DNA from: a virus
Lineage: Duplodnaviria > Caudoviricetes
Strand: one strand, 5' to 3'
DNA: 53,044 nt
Virus record (IMG/VR): IMGVR_UViG_3300031449_000026
Coordinates: 1 to 53,044 of that record
The translations under genes were made by a program, and so were the position numbers. Shown piece after piece: positions 1 through 7,723 of this stretch (the first letter of the stretch is position 1; the number at the start of each line of letters is the position of its first letter). The notes under the pieces were generated by a model. That model saw only the letters and a program-made list of their open reading frames with translations, made no database searches and was not told the DNA's origin.

Positions 1-780
1 GCCCGACAAATCGCCCGTTGGGAACGTCGGCGGAATGAGGTTGACCGGGCCGGGCGCAGGGGGCGGAAGCGGCGGCGGGGCGGGAATGCCGCCGCGAATC
101 GGAAACAGGTAACGCCCTTTGATGCCGTCCGGGGAGCCTGTGTTGTGAATCAGCCCCGTCTGAAAACTGTTATTCAGGAAGCTGCCGGGAATGCGCGAGC
201 CGGGAAACTCCAAAAATGTGCCGTACTGCCCGCTGCCGCCGGAATATCCCGCTGCCGCGCTCACGCCTCCCAGCCCGCCCCTGCCGCCCGATGCCTCCCC
301 GGTCTCCCACCCGACGCCGTAAGTGCCGTCGCCGTAATTAAACTCCAAGTCGCAGTCGCCCGGCGCGATGTCCGAGCGGTCTATCAGGAGAAGCTGGAAC
401 GAGTTGCGCTTGTCCATCTTCTCCGCGTAGTACCCGACCGCCAGCCAGTTGACGATGAAGACAGGACGCCCGGTGTTTGCTCCTGCCGCCATCACGCCTG
501 TTCCGTACTGCACCAGCGGGGAGCCTTGCGCTCTCGTGTCAACGTCGCAGAGCAAAGGACTGATGATTGGATTGGCGAGCGCCGCCGTCAGCGTGTAGGG
601 CGTGTAGACGCCGTTGGCAGACGCGAATGAACAATTTCCATTGTTATTGACCCAAGTTTTTGTGTACGACGTGCCGAAGAAGTTCAGCGTCAGTCCCATC
701 GGAACCTGCGCCGTGGAGCCGTCGTCATTCGCCGCGAGGCTTTGGTAGACCGCGTTTGAGATTGTGCGGACGGCTGCCAT
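1..780 (-). CDS. NIDO (nidogen-like) domain protein, probable tail/receptor-binding adhesin; runs off the left edge
   Basis: Not in the ORF track because it has no stop in the window. ATG at 780 overlaps the upstream stop (TAATG). Hand translation: MAAVRT..NDDGSTAQVPMGLTLNFFGTSY..VNNNGNCSF..IISPLLCDVDTR..VNWLAVGYYAEKMDKRNSFQLLLIDRSDIAPGDCDLEFNY..WETGEASGGRGGLGG..AGYS..FPGS..GRYLFPIRGG, then a Pro-rich linker. This matches the bacterial NIDO motif pattern. Confidence 0.85.
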   Translation of the reverse strand, partial: MAAVRTISNAVYQSLAANDDGSTAQVPMGLTLNFFGTSYTKTWVNNNGNCSFASANGVYTPYTLTAALANPIISPLLCDVDTRAQGSPLVQYGTGVMAAGANTGRPVFIVNWLAVGYYAEKMDKRNSFQLLLIDRSDIAPGDCDLEFNYGDGTYGVGWETGEASGGRGGLGGVSAAAGYSGGSGQYGTFLEFPGSRIPGSFLNNSFQTGLIHNTGSPDGIKGRYLFPIRGGIPAPPPLPPPAPGPVNLIPPTFPTGDLSG

Positions 781-1403
781 TAAATGTATCCTGGGTCGTC
801 CGGGTCAGGTTTGCCGGAAAACACGCCGAACGGGTCATGGGTAGGGCCATTGTCGAGCGTCTTGCCAAAAATTACAATCTTGTAATCCGCCTCTTTTTCC
901 AGTTCATCAAAAAGGAAGTTCTTCTCCCACACAGAGAAGCGGGCTGATCCTCCGTACAACTCAAAGCGCTTCCCAGTAAGCCCAATAGCGCAACAAAGAA
1001 CTGCCTGCCCATTACCAGGCTGGTCTTCTAGCCAAAGAGAAACGGCGAAGTTCTCGCCAAACACTTCCACTATCTTTGCGGGCAGTTTTTCTAAGACTGC
1101 TAGGACGTTTGGGTGCTGATGAATAAACATCTTTGTTTCGCATGAGGGGAGGTCAGCATACAGCATCGACGTCCAGTTTAGGCCGTAACCTATCATCACC
1201 TGTTCGTCCGGCTCACGAGCAGGCGGCGGAACATCCGCAATTTCCAAAACCTCTATCGGCTTCCAGTCAGTCGTCGCCCAGTTTTTCGTGTACTCAAACG
1301 CCGCCTGCCAGCCGAGGTTGAAGGCATGGGCCGATACTTCCCCGGTCTGTTCTAGGCGTACCCGTTCCGCTTCCCGCGCTTCGTCTAAGCTAGTTTCTGG
1401 CAT
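780..1403 (-). CDS. hypothetical protein
   Basis: 3' part of ORF 780..1634. Start moved to ATG 1403 (MPETSL) because the upstream part overlaps another ORF. Confidence 0.5.
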   Translation of the reverse strand: MPETSLDEAREAERVRLEQTGEVSAHAFNLGWQAAFEYTKNWATTDWKPIEVLEIADVPPPAREPDEQVMIGYGLNWTSMLYADLPSCETKMFIHQHPNVLAVLEKLPAKIVEVFGENFAVSLWLEDQPGNGQAVLCCAIGLTGKRFELYGGSARFSVWEKNFLFDELEKEADYKIVIFGKTLDNGPTHDPFGVFSGKPDPDDPGYI

Positions 1404-1624
1404 AGTTCTTTGTTCCTTTCTGCTGCATCTCTCTCCGCGTCTTCCCGGCAAGCGAACCACAGGCAGAACCGAATGCGGTACGGCGGGTAAACTTTGTTTG
1501 CATAAACCTGCCGCGCTACTTCCTGGGCCAGCCGGTCTACAACCCAGTGGCCTTTGAGGAAGCCGGGTTCTACGGCGAAGCGCACCGTCAAAGCGTTCTT
1601 GTTCAAGGGAGCGTTGTAGATCAT
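1385..1624 (-). CDS. small hypothetical protein
   Basis: ORF starting MIYNAP just after the stop of 1627..2952. Confidence 0.45.
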   Translation of the reverse strand: MIYNAPLNKNALTVRFAVEPGFLKGHWVVDRLAQEVARQVYANKVYPPYRIRFCLWFACREDAERDAAERNKELCQKLA

Positions 1625-1626
1625 AG

Positions 1627-2952
1627 TCAGCCAATCCACCCTGTCACTTGGTCAATGATCCCCGGCGTCGTATGCACCGTGTCAATCTTGGTCGGGTCAA
1701 GTCCGTGAATGCGAGGGTCGTAAAAATAAACGTCCACGGCAGTCGCAAGGCTTGCAATCAGCGCGGCGTTGGTCAGCGTTCCGTCCTGTACCTGCGCGTA
1801 GCCGAGGTCAGCAATCATGCCAAACGACTTCAAGGTGTTGACGCACTCCACGTCTACGACAAGGGGCGCAGGCGTCGGCGGCGGCTGGGCCGGAGGGATT
1901 TGTGCGGCGATGTAGGCTGGCAGGCTCGTTGGGTCTGTCAGAGACCGGGCGAGAAGCCCCCAGAAGACCACCAGCCCCGCCGTCGGCCCGCCCAGCCCGG
2001 CTTGTTCTAAAGCCGTCAGCCGGGATGTTACCGCATTGGGAATCGCCGCCGCGCTGCCCTGCGCCGGGAAATACGCCGCGCCGATGGCGGCTTCTACTGC
2101 CGCAAGCGTCGCGTTGATGGCCGCTATCGCCTGCAGCACCGCCGCGCCGACAAGCACCCGCAAATCAGTCAGGCCGGAAATCACCGAAGCGATGGACGTG
2201 CCGGAAAACAGCGGCAGTCCGCCGTCGGGGACCGAGCCGTCAGTCACCACCGTAAGCTGCGCCTGTCCGCTTTCCGCCGTGTCATACGCCGCCGCGCCAG
2301 CAAGAGAAGCGACCACCGGCGCGGCGTAGACGACAAATGACGACGAGGCGGGAAGGGCAAGCGTCTGTCCCGCAAAACTGCCCGCCGCAAAGCCCGTGCG
2401 GGTGGACGACGCGGGAAGAATGCCTTGCCATGCGGCAACGGGCAGCGACAGTCCCGATGCCTGCCCGAAGGTTCCTCCGCCGTAGGTTCCTGCGCCGATG
2501 GCCGCGAGCGCCCCGGCCAATCCGTTTTGCGCGAGCAGGGACAGCAGATCAAAGTCCGAGGCAAGGGGCGACGCCCCGGCGGTGTACCCGGCTTCTAGTC
2601 CGTAGGGAACCGGCAGGTTGCCGCCGCTTCCCGGCAGAGAACCGCCTGGCGGCACGGGAACGGACGGAGCCAGCGAGCCGTCCTCCGTCAGCGTGCTTGG
2701 ATGCGCCGCAAACGTAGACGGGTCGGTCTGCGGCGGCGGCCAGTCGCCCGGCACAAAGGAAACATTCCCAGCGGTCACGGGGTCGGATGTAGACGCCGAC
2801 AGAGCGTAGACGCCGCCGCTTTGACTCACTGTGGCCGGATACGGACCGTAAGTTACGCCGCCCTCAGTCAGCGTCAGCGCGGCGGTAGACGGGTTAGGAG
2901 CGTAGGACACGGGGAACGGGCCGAGCGACTGCGGGCTAGTAGGCATATTCAA
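1627..2952 (-). CDS. minor tail / fibre-like protein
   Basis: Ala/Gly/Pro-rich with short coiled-coil segments; distal tail position; N-terminal module shared with 16485..18053. Confidence 0.55.
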   Translation of the reverse strand: MNMPTSPQSLGPFPVSYAPNPSTAALTLTEGGVTYGPYPATVSQSGGVYALSASTSDPVTAGNVSFVPGDWPPPQTDPSTFAAHPSTLTEDGSLAPSVPVPPGGSLPGSGGNLPVPYGLEAGYTAGASPLASDFDLLSLLAQNGLAGALAAIGAGTYGGGTFGQASGLSLPVAAWQGILPASSTRTGFAAGSFAGQTLALPASSSFVVYAAPVVASLAGAAAYDTAESGQAQLTVVTDGSVPDGGLPLFSGTSIASVISGLTDLRVLVGAAVLQAIAAINATLAAVEAAIGAAYFPAQGSAAAIPNAVTSRLTALEQAGLGGPTAGLVVFWGLLARSLTDPTSLPAYIAAQIPPAQPPPTPAPLVVDVECVNTLKSFGMIADLGYAQVQDGTLTNAALIASLATAVDVYFYDPRIHGLDPTKIDTVHTTPGIIDQVTGWIG

Positions 2953-2960
2953 CCTCTAAG

Positions 2961-3212
2961 CTAATAGGCATATTCCGTCTCCAGCACTTCTTCCGGCTTG
3001 TTGCCTGCCGGGGCCGCATTTTGCAGCTTTGCACGGACCGCGTTCAGGCGTTCCAGCGCAGGATAGCGGAAATCCCTGAGTTCCGTCACCGCCGCCTTCT
3101 TTTCGCACACGCCGCAGCGTCCGTGGTGGAACGTCGCCAGGTGTCCTTCGGGCATCCGTCCCCCGGCTTCCTCCGCGCACTCGCCGCACACCCACGCGGG
3201 ATACTCTGTCAA
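2961..3212 (-). CDS. small Cys-rich (CxxC..CxxC) phage protein
   Basis: TTG start after AGGAG; WVCGECA..RCGVCE motifs. Confidence 0.5.
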   Translation of the reverse strand: MTEYPAWVCGECAEEAGGRMPEGHLATFHHGRCGVCEKKAAVTELRDFRYPALERLNAVRAKLQNAAPAGNKPEEVLETEYAY

Positions 3213-3231
3213 CGGCTCCGTAGAATCTCCT

Positions 3232-3459
3232 CTACTTGAACACGCTGCCGTCGCCGAACTGAGACACGCCGAACTGGAAGTAGGAAACGTAGGCAGTTCC
3301 GTTCCAGTAGCCGTTTCCGTCACCTGTATCCGTTCCCGTGTTGCCGTCCTGCCGCGCCGCGTAGTCCCCGCCAAGCCGGGCATTCTCCACAAGCGAAGTC
3401 CGAAGGCTTCGCTCCCGCGTGTTCCCAATCAGTTGAATGCCGCTCGTGTCGTCTGCCAT
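3232..3459 (-). CDS. small putative virion protein
   Basis: GGAGG RBS, MADDTSG start, tail-region context. Confidence 0.5.
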   Translation of the reverse strand: MADDTSGIQLIGNTRERSLRTSLVENARLGGDYAARQDGNTGTDTGDGNGYWNGTAYVSYFQFGVSQFGDGSVFK

Positions 3460-3479
3460 AAATCCTCCAAGCAATAATC

Positions 3480-3528
3480 CTAGATAACTTCCACCAGCTT
3501 CAATCTAGATAACTTCCACCAGCTTCAA
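3480..3528. repeat. 24-bp direct duplication of a gene 3' end
   Basis: ctagataacttccaccagcttcaa at 3480-3503 and 3505-3528. Confidence 0.95.
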
Positions 3529-5991
3529 GGTTGTGGTGGCTTTGGAGTTGCCGTTGCCTTCTTCCACGAGGTCTACGATGCGAAGCGTTTTGCCGTCCAG
3601 GTTCGCCGCTTGCCCCCCGTGGAACGTCAGCTTATGACCCCAGAAAAGCGCGGGGTGCGGGAATGGCGAAGTCGCCTCGTACCGCTCTGCCGCCTTTGCT
3701 CCGGCAGACAAGCGCTTGGCAGTCTGCACAAGCTGGCCTGCTACGTCCGGGTCATAGAACATGGCCCCCGAAATCAGCTTCGTTCGCTGCCACGACTGCG
3801 AGATGCGAACCGCGTCCCGCGCCCGCGCCTGCACCGGCGGGACACCAAGCTGCGTGGAAGCGTCGCCTGCGCCGGGAGGCCGGCCTTGCAACAAAAAGTC
3901 GTTGAAGTCTTTTGCCGTGTCAAACGTGTTCCCGGCCTTTTCCACGATCCAAGTAAGCTGCGTGTCCGAAAGCGGCATGGCGGACGGCAGGCCTGTACCG
4001 CTGTCCTGGCCCGTGTAAGCGTCGTGCGCCGGCAGGCCCGCCACAATGAGGTCATACTGCCCGTACACCGCCGTCTCTCCAGCCCAGTAGAACGCGGCAA
4101 AGTCAAACGCCTGAATGTCCGCCAGCCACTCGTCGGCAGACTTGCCGTAAGGCGGCGCAAACAAGGGCAAATCATTGGTGGGAACCTCTCCGTTGACCAG
4201 CGCGGACACTTTCAGCGCCGTCAGCGAGTACCAGTCTTGCGGCATAAAAACCTTCAGGGCTTGCGCCGCCGCCTGCGAAATGCACTTGCCCAGAATATAC
4301 TGCACCCCGTGGTAGCCGTACACCGTGTCCGCGCCTGCCGGAAAAAGTAAATCCAGTGGCCGAAACGACGTGTCAATGATAGCCGCCGGTTCGTGGAGCA
4401 GAATGGACGCATCGGAGAGCGTGAGCGTCAGCGAGTTGTCGTTAAAGCCCCGCGCCTCAAAGGAAGGCTTTTCCCAGTAGCCGAGGATGCGCGGCCCTTC
4501 CTCAGTCGTCAAGTTTCCTACCGAATCCCCCAAGTAGCTGCCTGTCACAAACGTCGCCGGGGCATACGCCGCTAAATCCCGTTGCCAGACGCTTCCCGCC
4601 GCTGCCGCCAGTTTGTCCAGTTCATAGCTATCAAACGTCACTTCGCAGTAGGAGCGGCTGCCAAACAGCGTTCCCGTGCCGGAAAAGTTCGGCTCCGGCA
4701 GATGCAGGCGGTAATGCGTCACCGCCCCGCCGTAGTCCACCGGTGAATTATTGCCGCCGGCATCCTGCCCCGGCGAATGAAAGAAAACCTGCTTTAATCC
4801 TGACGGCTCCTGCCCGCCAGGGCTGCTGGTGAGAACCGCCGTGTAGGTCATTAGCGTCGGCGATGTGCATTGCCCGGTCACGGTCACGTCTCCGCCGAGC
4901 GCAGGCGCATACCGCACGGCAACAAACTCCCCGGCGGTCGGTGGGCCGGGAAAAGACGCCGGGGCAACCGTCGCGTCTTGCAGGCGCAGGGCATTCTGCA
5001 TCCTGGCTGTCCCCCAGACAATGCGCCGCAACCCGATCCAGCGCGGCCCGCCCCCGGCCCGCCCTGTCACCCGCACCGGCGCAGAGGCAATCGTCAGAGT
5101 CTTATACTGCGTTCCGTTGCCGGACTTTGACGGGTCAGGCGCGTAATAGACAAAGGCGTCAGCGGCAAGGCTTCTGCCGCCGCAGTTCACCAGCAGCCGC
5201 CCGGCGATGATAAAAAACGTCACCAAAAACTTTGCCCCGCCCGCGTCAGACGACAAAGGCTGCGCCCCGGCAAAGGTGTGAAGCCGCACCCATTCATGGG
5301 CTGTTCCATCCTCGTCCCGGTGCGGAAACCGCTGCTCGAACACCGGGTCGCTGCCCGCCGGAAACAGCACCGACCAGATATTGCCCACCGTCACGCGCAC
5401 GTCGCCGGGGGAAGACCCGTCGGACGCCGTGGCCGGCGGCGTCACGGGCGGCCCATCGGCAGAAGTATCGCCTGTGTCGTCCGTGTCCGAAGAACCCAGC
5501 TTTACCGTGACGCCGATACCCCGGTTCTTGCCGAAGCTGCCGCCGCCTGCCGCATCTGCATCGTTCTTCCACTCGCCGAGGTCAACCGTTTGGAACGCCC
5601 ACGGCAGGCCGGACTGCCTGCCCGCCGGGTCACTGTCGAGTATCTTGATCTCATGCACCGCCGGGCTTCCGTCCGGCAGGCACGATTGCGCGTTGACGCT
5701 GCCCGATACCCGGCTCCACTTGACCGTCGGCAGAGACGACCCGGACGTGTCCGACACGGGGTACTTGCCCGCCGCCGTGTCCGCAAGAAGGCAGTGCGCC
5801 GCGTGGAACTCCGGCATCGGCGTATACAAAGACAGCGTCGCCTGCGCCCAGAACGCCGCATTAGAAAGTCCCGTATGCGCGGCGCGGCTTTGGCTGAGAA
5901 TGTCCAAGCACTCGTTGCCGGGTGCGCCGCCGTTTTGGGCATACGCCTGAGCGGTCAGCACCCGGCAGTAAGCGCCGCGCGGAGTTGTCAT
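3505..5991 (-). CDS. large minor tail protein (hub/Tal-like position)
   Basis: 828 aa downstream of the tape measure. Called by synteny only. Confidence 0.55.
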   Translation of the reverse strand: MTTPRGAYCRVLTAQAYAQNGGAPGNECLDILSQSRAAHTGLSNAAFWAQATLSLYTPMPEFHAAHCLLADTAAGKYPVSDTSGSSLPTVKWSRVSGSVNAQSCLPDGSPAVHEIKILDSDPAGRQSGLPWAFQTVDLGEWKNDADAAGGGSFGKNRGIGVTVKLGSSDTDDTGDTSADGPPVTPPATASDGSSPGDVRVTVGNIWSVLFPAGSDPVFEQRFPHRDEDGTAHEWVRLHTFAGAQPLSSDAGGAKFLVTFFIIAGRLLVNCGGRSLAADAFVYYAPDPSKSGNGTQYKTLTIASAPVRVTGRAGGGPRWIGLRRIVWGTARMQNALRLQDATVAPASFPGPPTAGEFVAVRYAPALGGDVTVTGQCTSPTLMTYTAVLTSSPGGQEPSGLKQVFFHSPGQDAGGNNSPVDYGGAVTHYRLHLPEPNFSGTGTLFGSRSYCEVTFDSYELDKLAAAAGSVWQRDLAAYAPATFVTGSYLGDSVGNLTTEEGPRILGYWEKPSFEARGFNDNSLTLTLSDASILLHEPAAIIDTSFRPLDLLFPAGADTVYGYHGVQYILGKCISQAAAQALKVFMPQDWYSLTALKVSALVNGEVPTNDLPLFAPPYGKSADEWLADIQAFDFAAFYWAGETAVYGQYDLIVAGLPAHDAYTGQDSGTGLPSAMPLSDTQLTWIVEKAGNTFDTAKDFNDFLLQGRPPGAGDASTQLGVPPVQARARDAVRISQSWQRTKLISGAMFYDPDVAGQLVQTAKRLSAGAKAAERYEATSPFPHPALFWGHKLTFHGGQAANLDGKTLRIVDLVEEGNGNSKATTTLKLVEVI

Positions 5992-6217
5992 AGCTTGACC
6001 CGGTAGGTTCTAGCGCGAAACTCTGGTCGGTAGTTCTTGCCGCTGTCCAGCCAGCGCAGAATCGCTACTTCGAACACCAGAACGGGCGCAGGATAATCGT
6101 GCCGCCGCCTGCAAAGCCCCGGCACGTCAAAGCCGACAAACTGCGCCCGTTCTGGTGTTCGAAGTAGCGAACATAACGCAAAACCGTGTTCCCGCGCGTG
6201 TGACCGAAAATTTTCAT
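5988..6217 (-). pseudogene. small gene disrupted by an internal inversion/duplication
   Basis: ATG 6217 gives MKIFGH..RYFEHQNGR. A second frame (LRWLDSGKNYRPEFRARTYRVKL*) ends in an ATGA overlap with the 5991 start. The two parts are separated by the inverted-repeat structure. Confidence 0.55.
6062..6170. repeat. perfect 30-bp inverted repeat with 49-bp spacer
   Basis: tcgctacttcgaacaccagaacgggcgcag at 6062-6091 and its exact reverse complement at 6141-6170. Confidence 0.95.
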
Positions 6218-6218
6218 G

Positions 6219-7265
6219 TTAGCTCCATATCAGCTCGTCGTCCGAGTGCAGGTGCGTGACGCCTGCCGCGCCGGAATAGAAAAAGTCTAAGCCCCCGCCG
6301 TCCTGTCCCAAAAGCACCCCTTCTGCCAACTTCACTCCTGCCGGAACCGTAATCGGGGACGGCGGGTAATCTTTCCCGGTGCGGTCCAGTGTGCCGATGA
6401 ACGGATTGCCACCACTGTCCGACAAGAGCAGCTTGTAGCCGCCGTCTCGCTGCACTGCGCCAAGCGGCGCGTACCCGGCAAAGATCGTTGCCATGTCGTA
6501 GTTCAATCCTCCGTCGTCGCTGACCTGCCACGTCGTGCTGCCTGCTTCGCTGTAGAACGCGGACTGCCTTGTGCCGTGCGCCGACCGCAAAAGCGTGACT
6601 TTCCCCGACGGCTTCCAGTCTTGCGTCACCGGCGGTTGCAAAGTGCGTGTGCGGTCAATCGCCGCCGCCGTAGGCACTCCGGAACTGCCTGAATACGCAA
6701 GATGCACCTGTCCGTCCGAGCCGTGCCGGAAGCCCGTGCAGAAGCCGCCGCCGGGCCGGGTCGCGACCCGAAGACCCTCAATGTCGTCCAGCGCGGGATA
6801 CTGCGCCGTGTGAAACGTGATCTTAACGGTGGCCCCTGCCGGGACCGGGAACACGATGACCGGACTCTCAAACTCATCAAAGATGATGTCTGCGCCGCTT
6901 TCGGCTCCCGCGCCGCCGTCGCCGGGAATGATGTTGCCGCTGGAATCGCCGAGAACCGTCACGTCCGGCGTCAGCGTCACCGACTGCCGGGTGACGTATT
7001 CTGTAAAGCCAAAAATATCTTGCCCTGCCAGATACGTTGCCGCGAACGCGACGGTTAAAAGCAGGTTGCCGCCTGCGTCTTTGACCTCTGCCGTGAGCGC
7101 AATACTGACGACCAGGAGGTCGCCGGTGCTGTTCATCAGCAAATCGGTCAAATCAATTTGATACAGCCATTTTAGGGCAAACTGTGCTGCCGGGACAAGC
7201 GCGTCTGGGAATCCCCCACTGTTGTTCGTCAGCTTGTGAAAATCCTCAAACTGGGACAGTGGCAT
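6219..7265 (-). CDS. putative tail/baseplate protein
   Basis: 348 aa, beta-rich, with a BNR-like SDDGG motif; first minus-strand gene after the tape measure. Confidence 0.5.
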   Translation of the reverse strand: MPLSQFEDFHKLTNNSGGFPDALVPAAQFALKWLYQIDLTDLLMNSTGDLLVVSIALTAEVKDAGGNLLLTVAFAATYLAGQDIFGFTEYVTRQSVTLTPDVTVLGDSSGNIIPGDGGAGAESGADIIFDEFESPVIVFPVPAGATVKITFHTAQYPALDDIEGLRVATRPGGGFCTGFRHGSDGQVHLAYSGSSGVPTAAAIDRTRTLQPPVTQDWKPSGKVTLLRSAHGTRQSAFYSEAGSTTWQVSDDGGLNYDMATIFAGYAPLGAVQRDGGYKLLLSDSGGNPFIGTLDRTGKDYPPSPITVPAGVKLAEGVLLGQDGGGLDFFYSGAAGVTHLHSDDELIWS

Positions 7266-7270
7266 AGCGT

Positions 7271-7299
7271 ATTGTAACAGCGATATGTTCTTTTGTCAA
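7271..7299 (-). promoter_or_regulatory. sigma70-type leaderless promoter
   Basis: TTGACA-17 nt-TACAAT, 5 nt before ATG 7265. Confidence 0.75.
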
Positions 7300-7356
7300 G
7301 AACGACTGCAACACGAAAAAGAAGGAAACCGAGCAGGCAAAGAAAAATAGCGAGGC

Positions 7357-7689
7357 ATGAAAAACTCATGCTTCGTTCTGCTTGCCGCCTGCCTGCTGAC
7401 TGGTTGCAGCCCCGAGCCTCCGCCTGCCGTGGTGACTGCTCCTCGCCCTGCTGCCTCTGTCCCGTCAGTGCCGGTTCTGCCTCCTCCCATTGTGTTGTCG
7501 GCAGGCCGTCCCAACATAAATGTCAAGCCTTATTCTGCTAAAGATTACCCTCCGATCCATGCAGAATACCGCTCGGTTTTGCCGCCGCCCTCGCCCGCGT
7601 TGTCCCCTACTGCCCAGCAGGAGCAGCACTGGCAAGAACTTCGCGCCAATGCTGCCGCCGAATCTGCCGTCCGCGCAGATCAGCGTTGA
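7357..7689 (+). CDS. small Pro-rich lipoprotein (moron-like)
   Basis: MKNSCFVLLAACLLTG-C lipobox; opposite strand to the tail operon. Confidence 0.7.
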   Translation: MKNSCFVLLAACLLTGCSPEPPPAVVTAPRPAASVPSVPVLPPPIVLSAGRPNINVKPYSAKDYPPIHAEYRSVLPPPSPALSPTAQQEQHWQELRANAAAESAVRADQR

Positions 7690-7723
7690 CCGCAAATTCA
7701 CTCCGTTGATCTGCCCTGAAAAT

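Noticed and set aside
145-630. 161-aa plus-strand ORF
   Set aside because: Antisense to the NIDO-domain gene.
6062-6170. Shufflon, DGR or MITE interpretation of the inverted repeat
   Set aside because: No invertase, reverse transcriptase, TR/VR pair, transposase or target-site duplication seen; template switching explains it.
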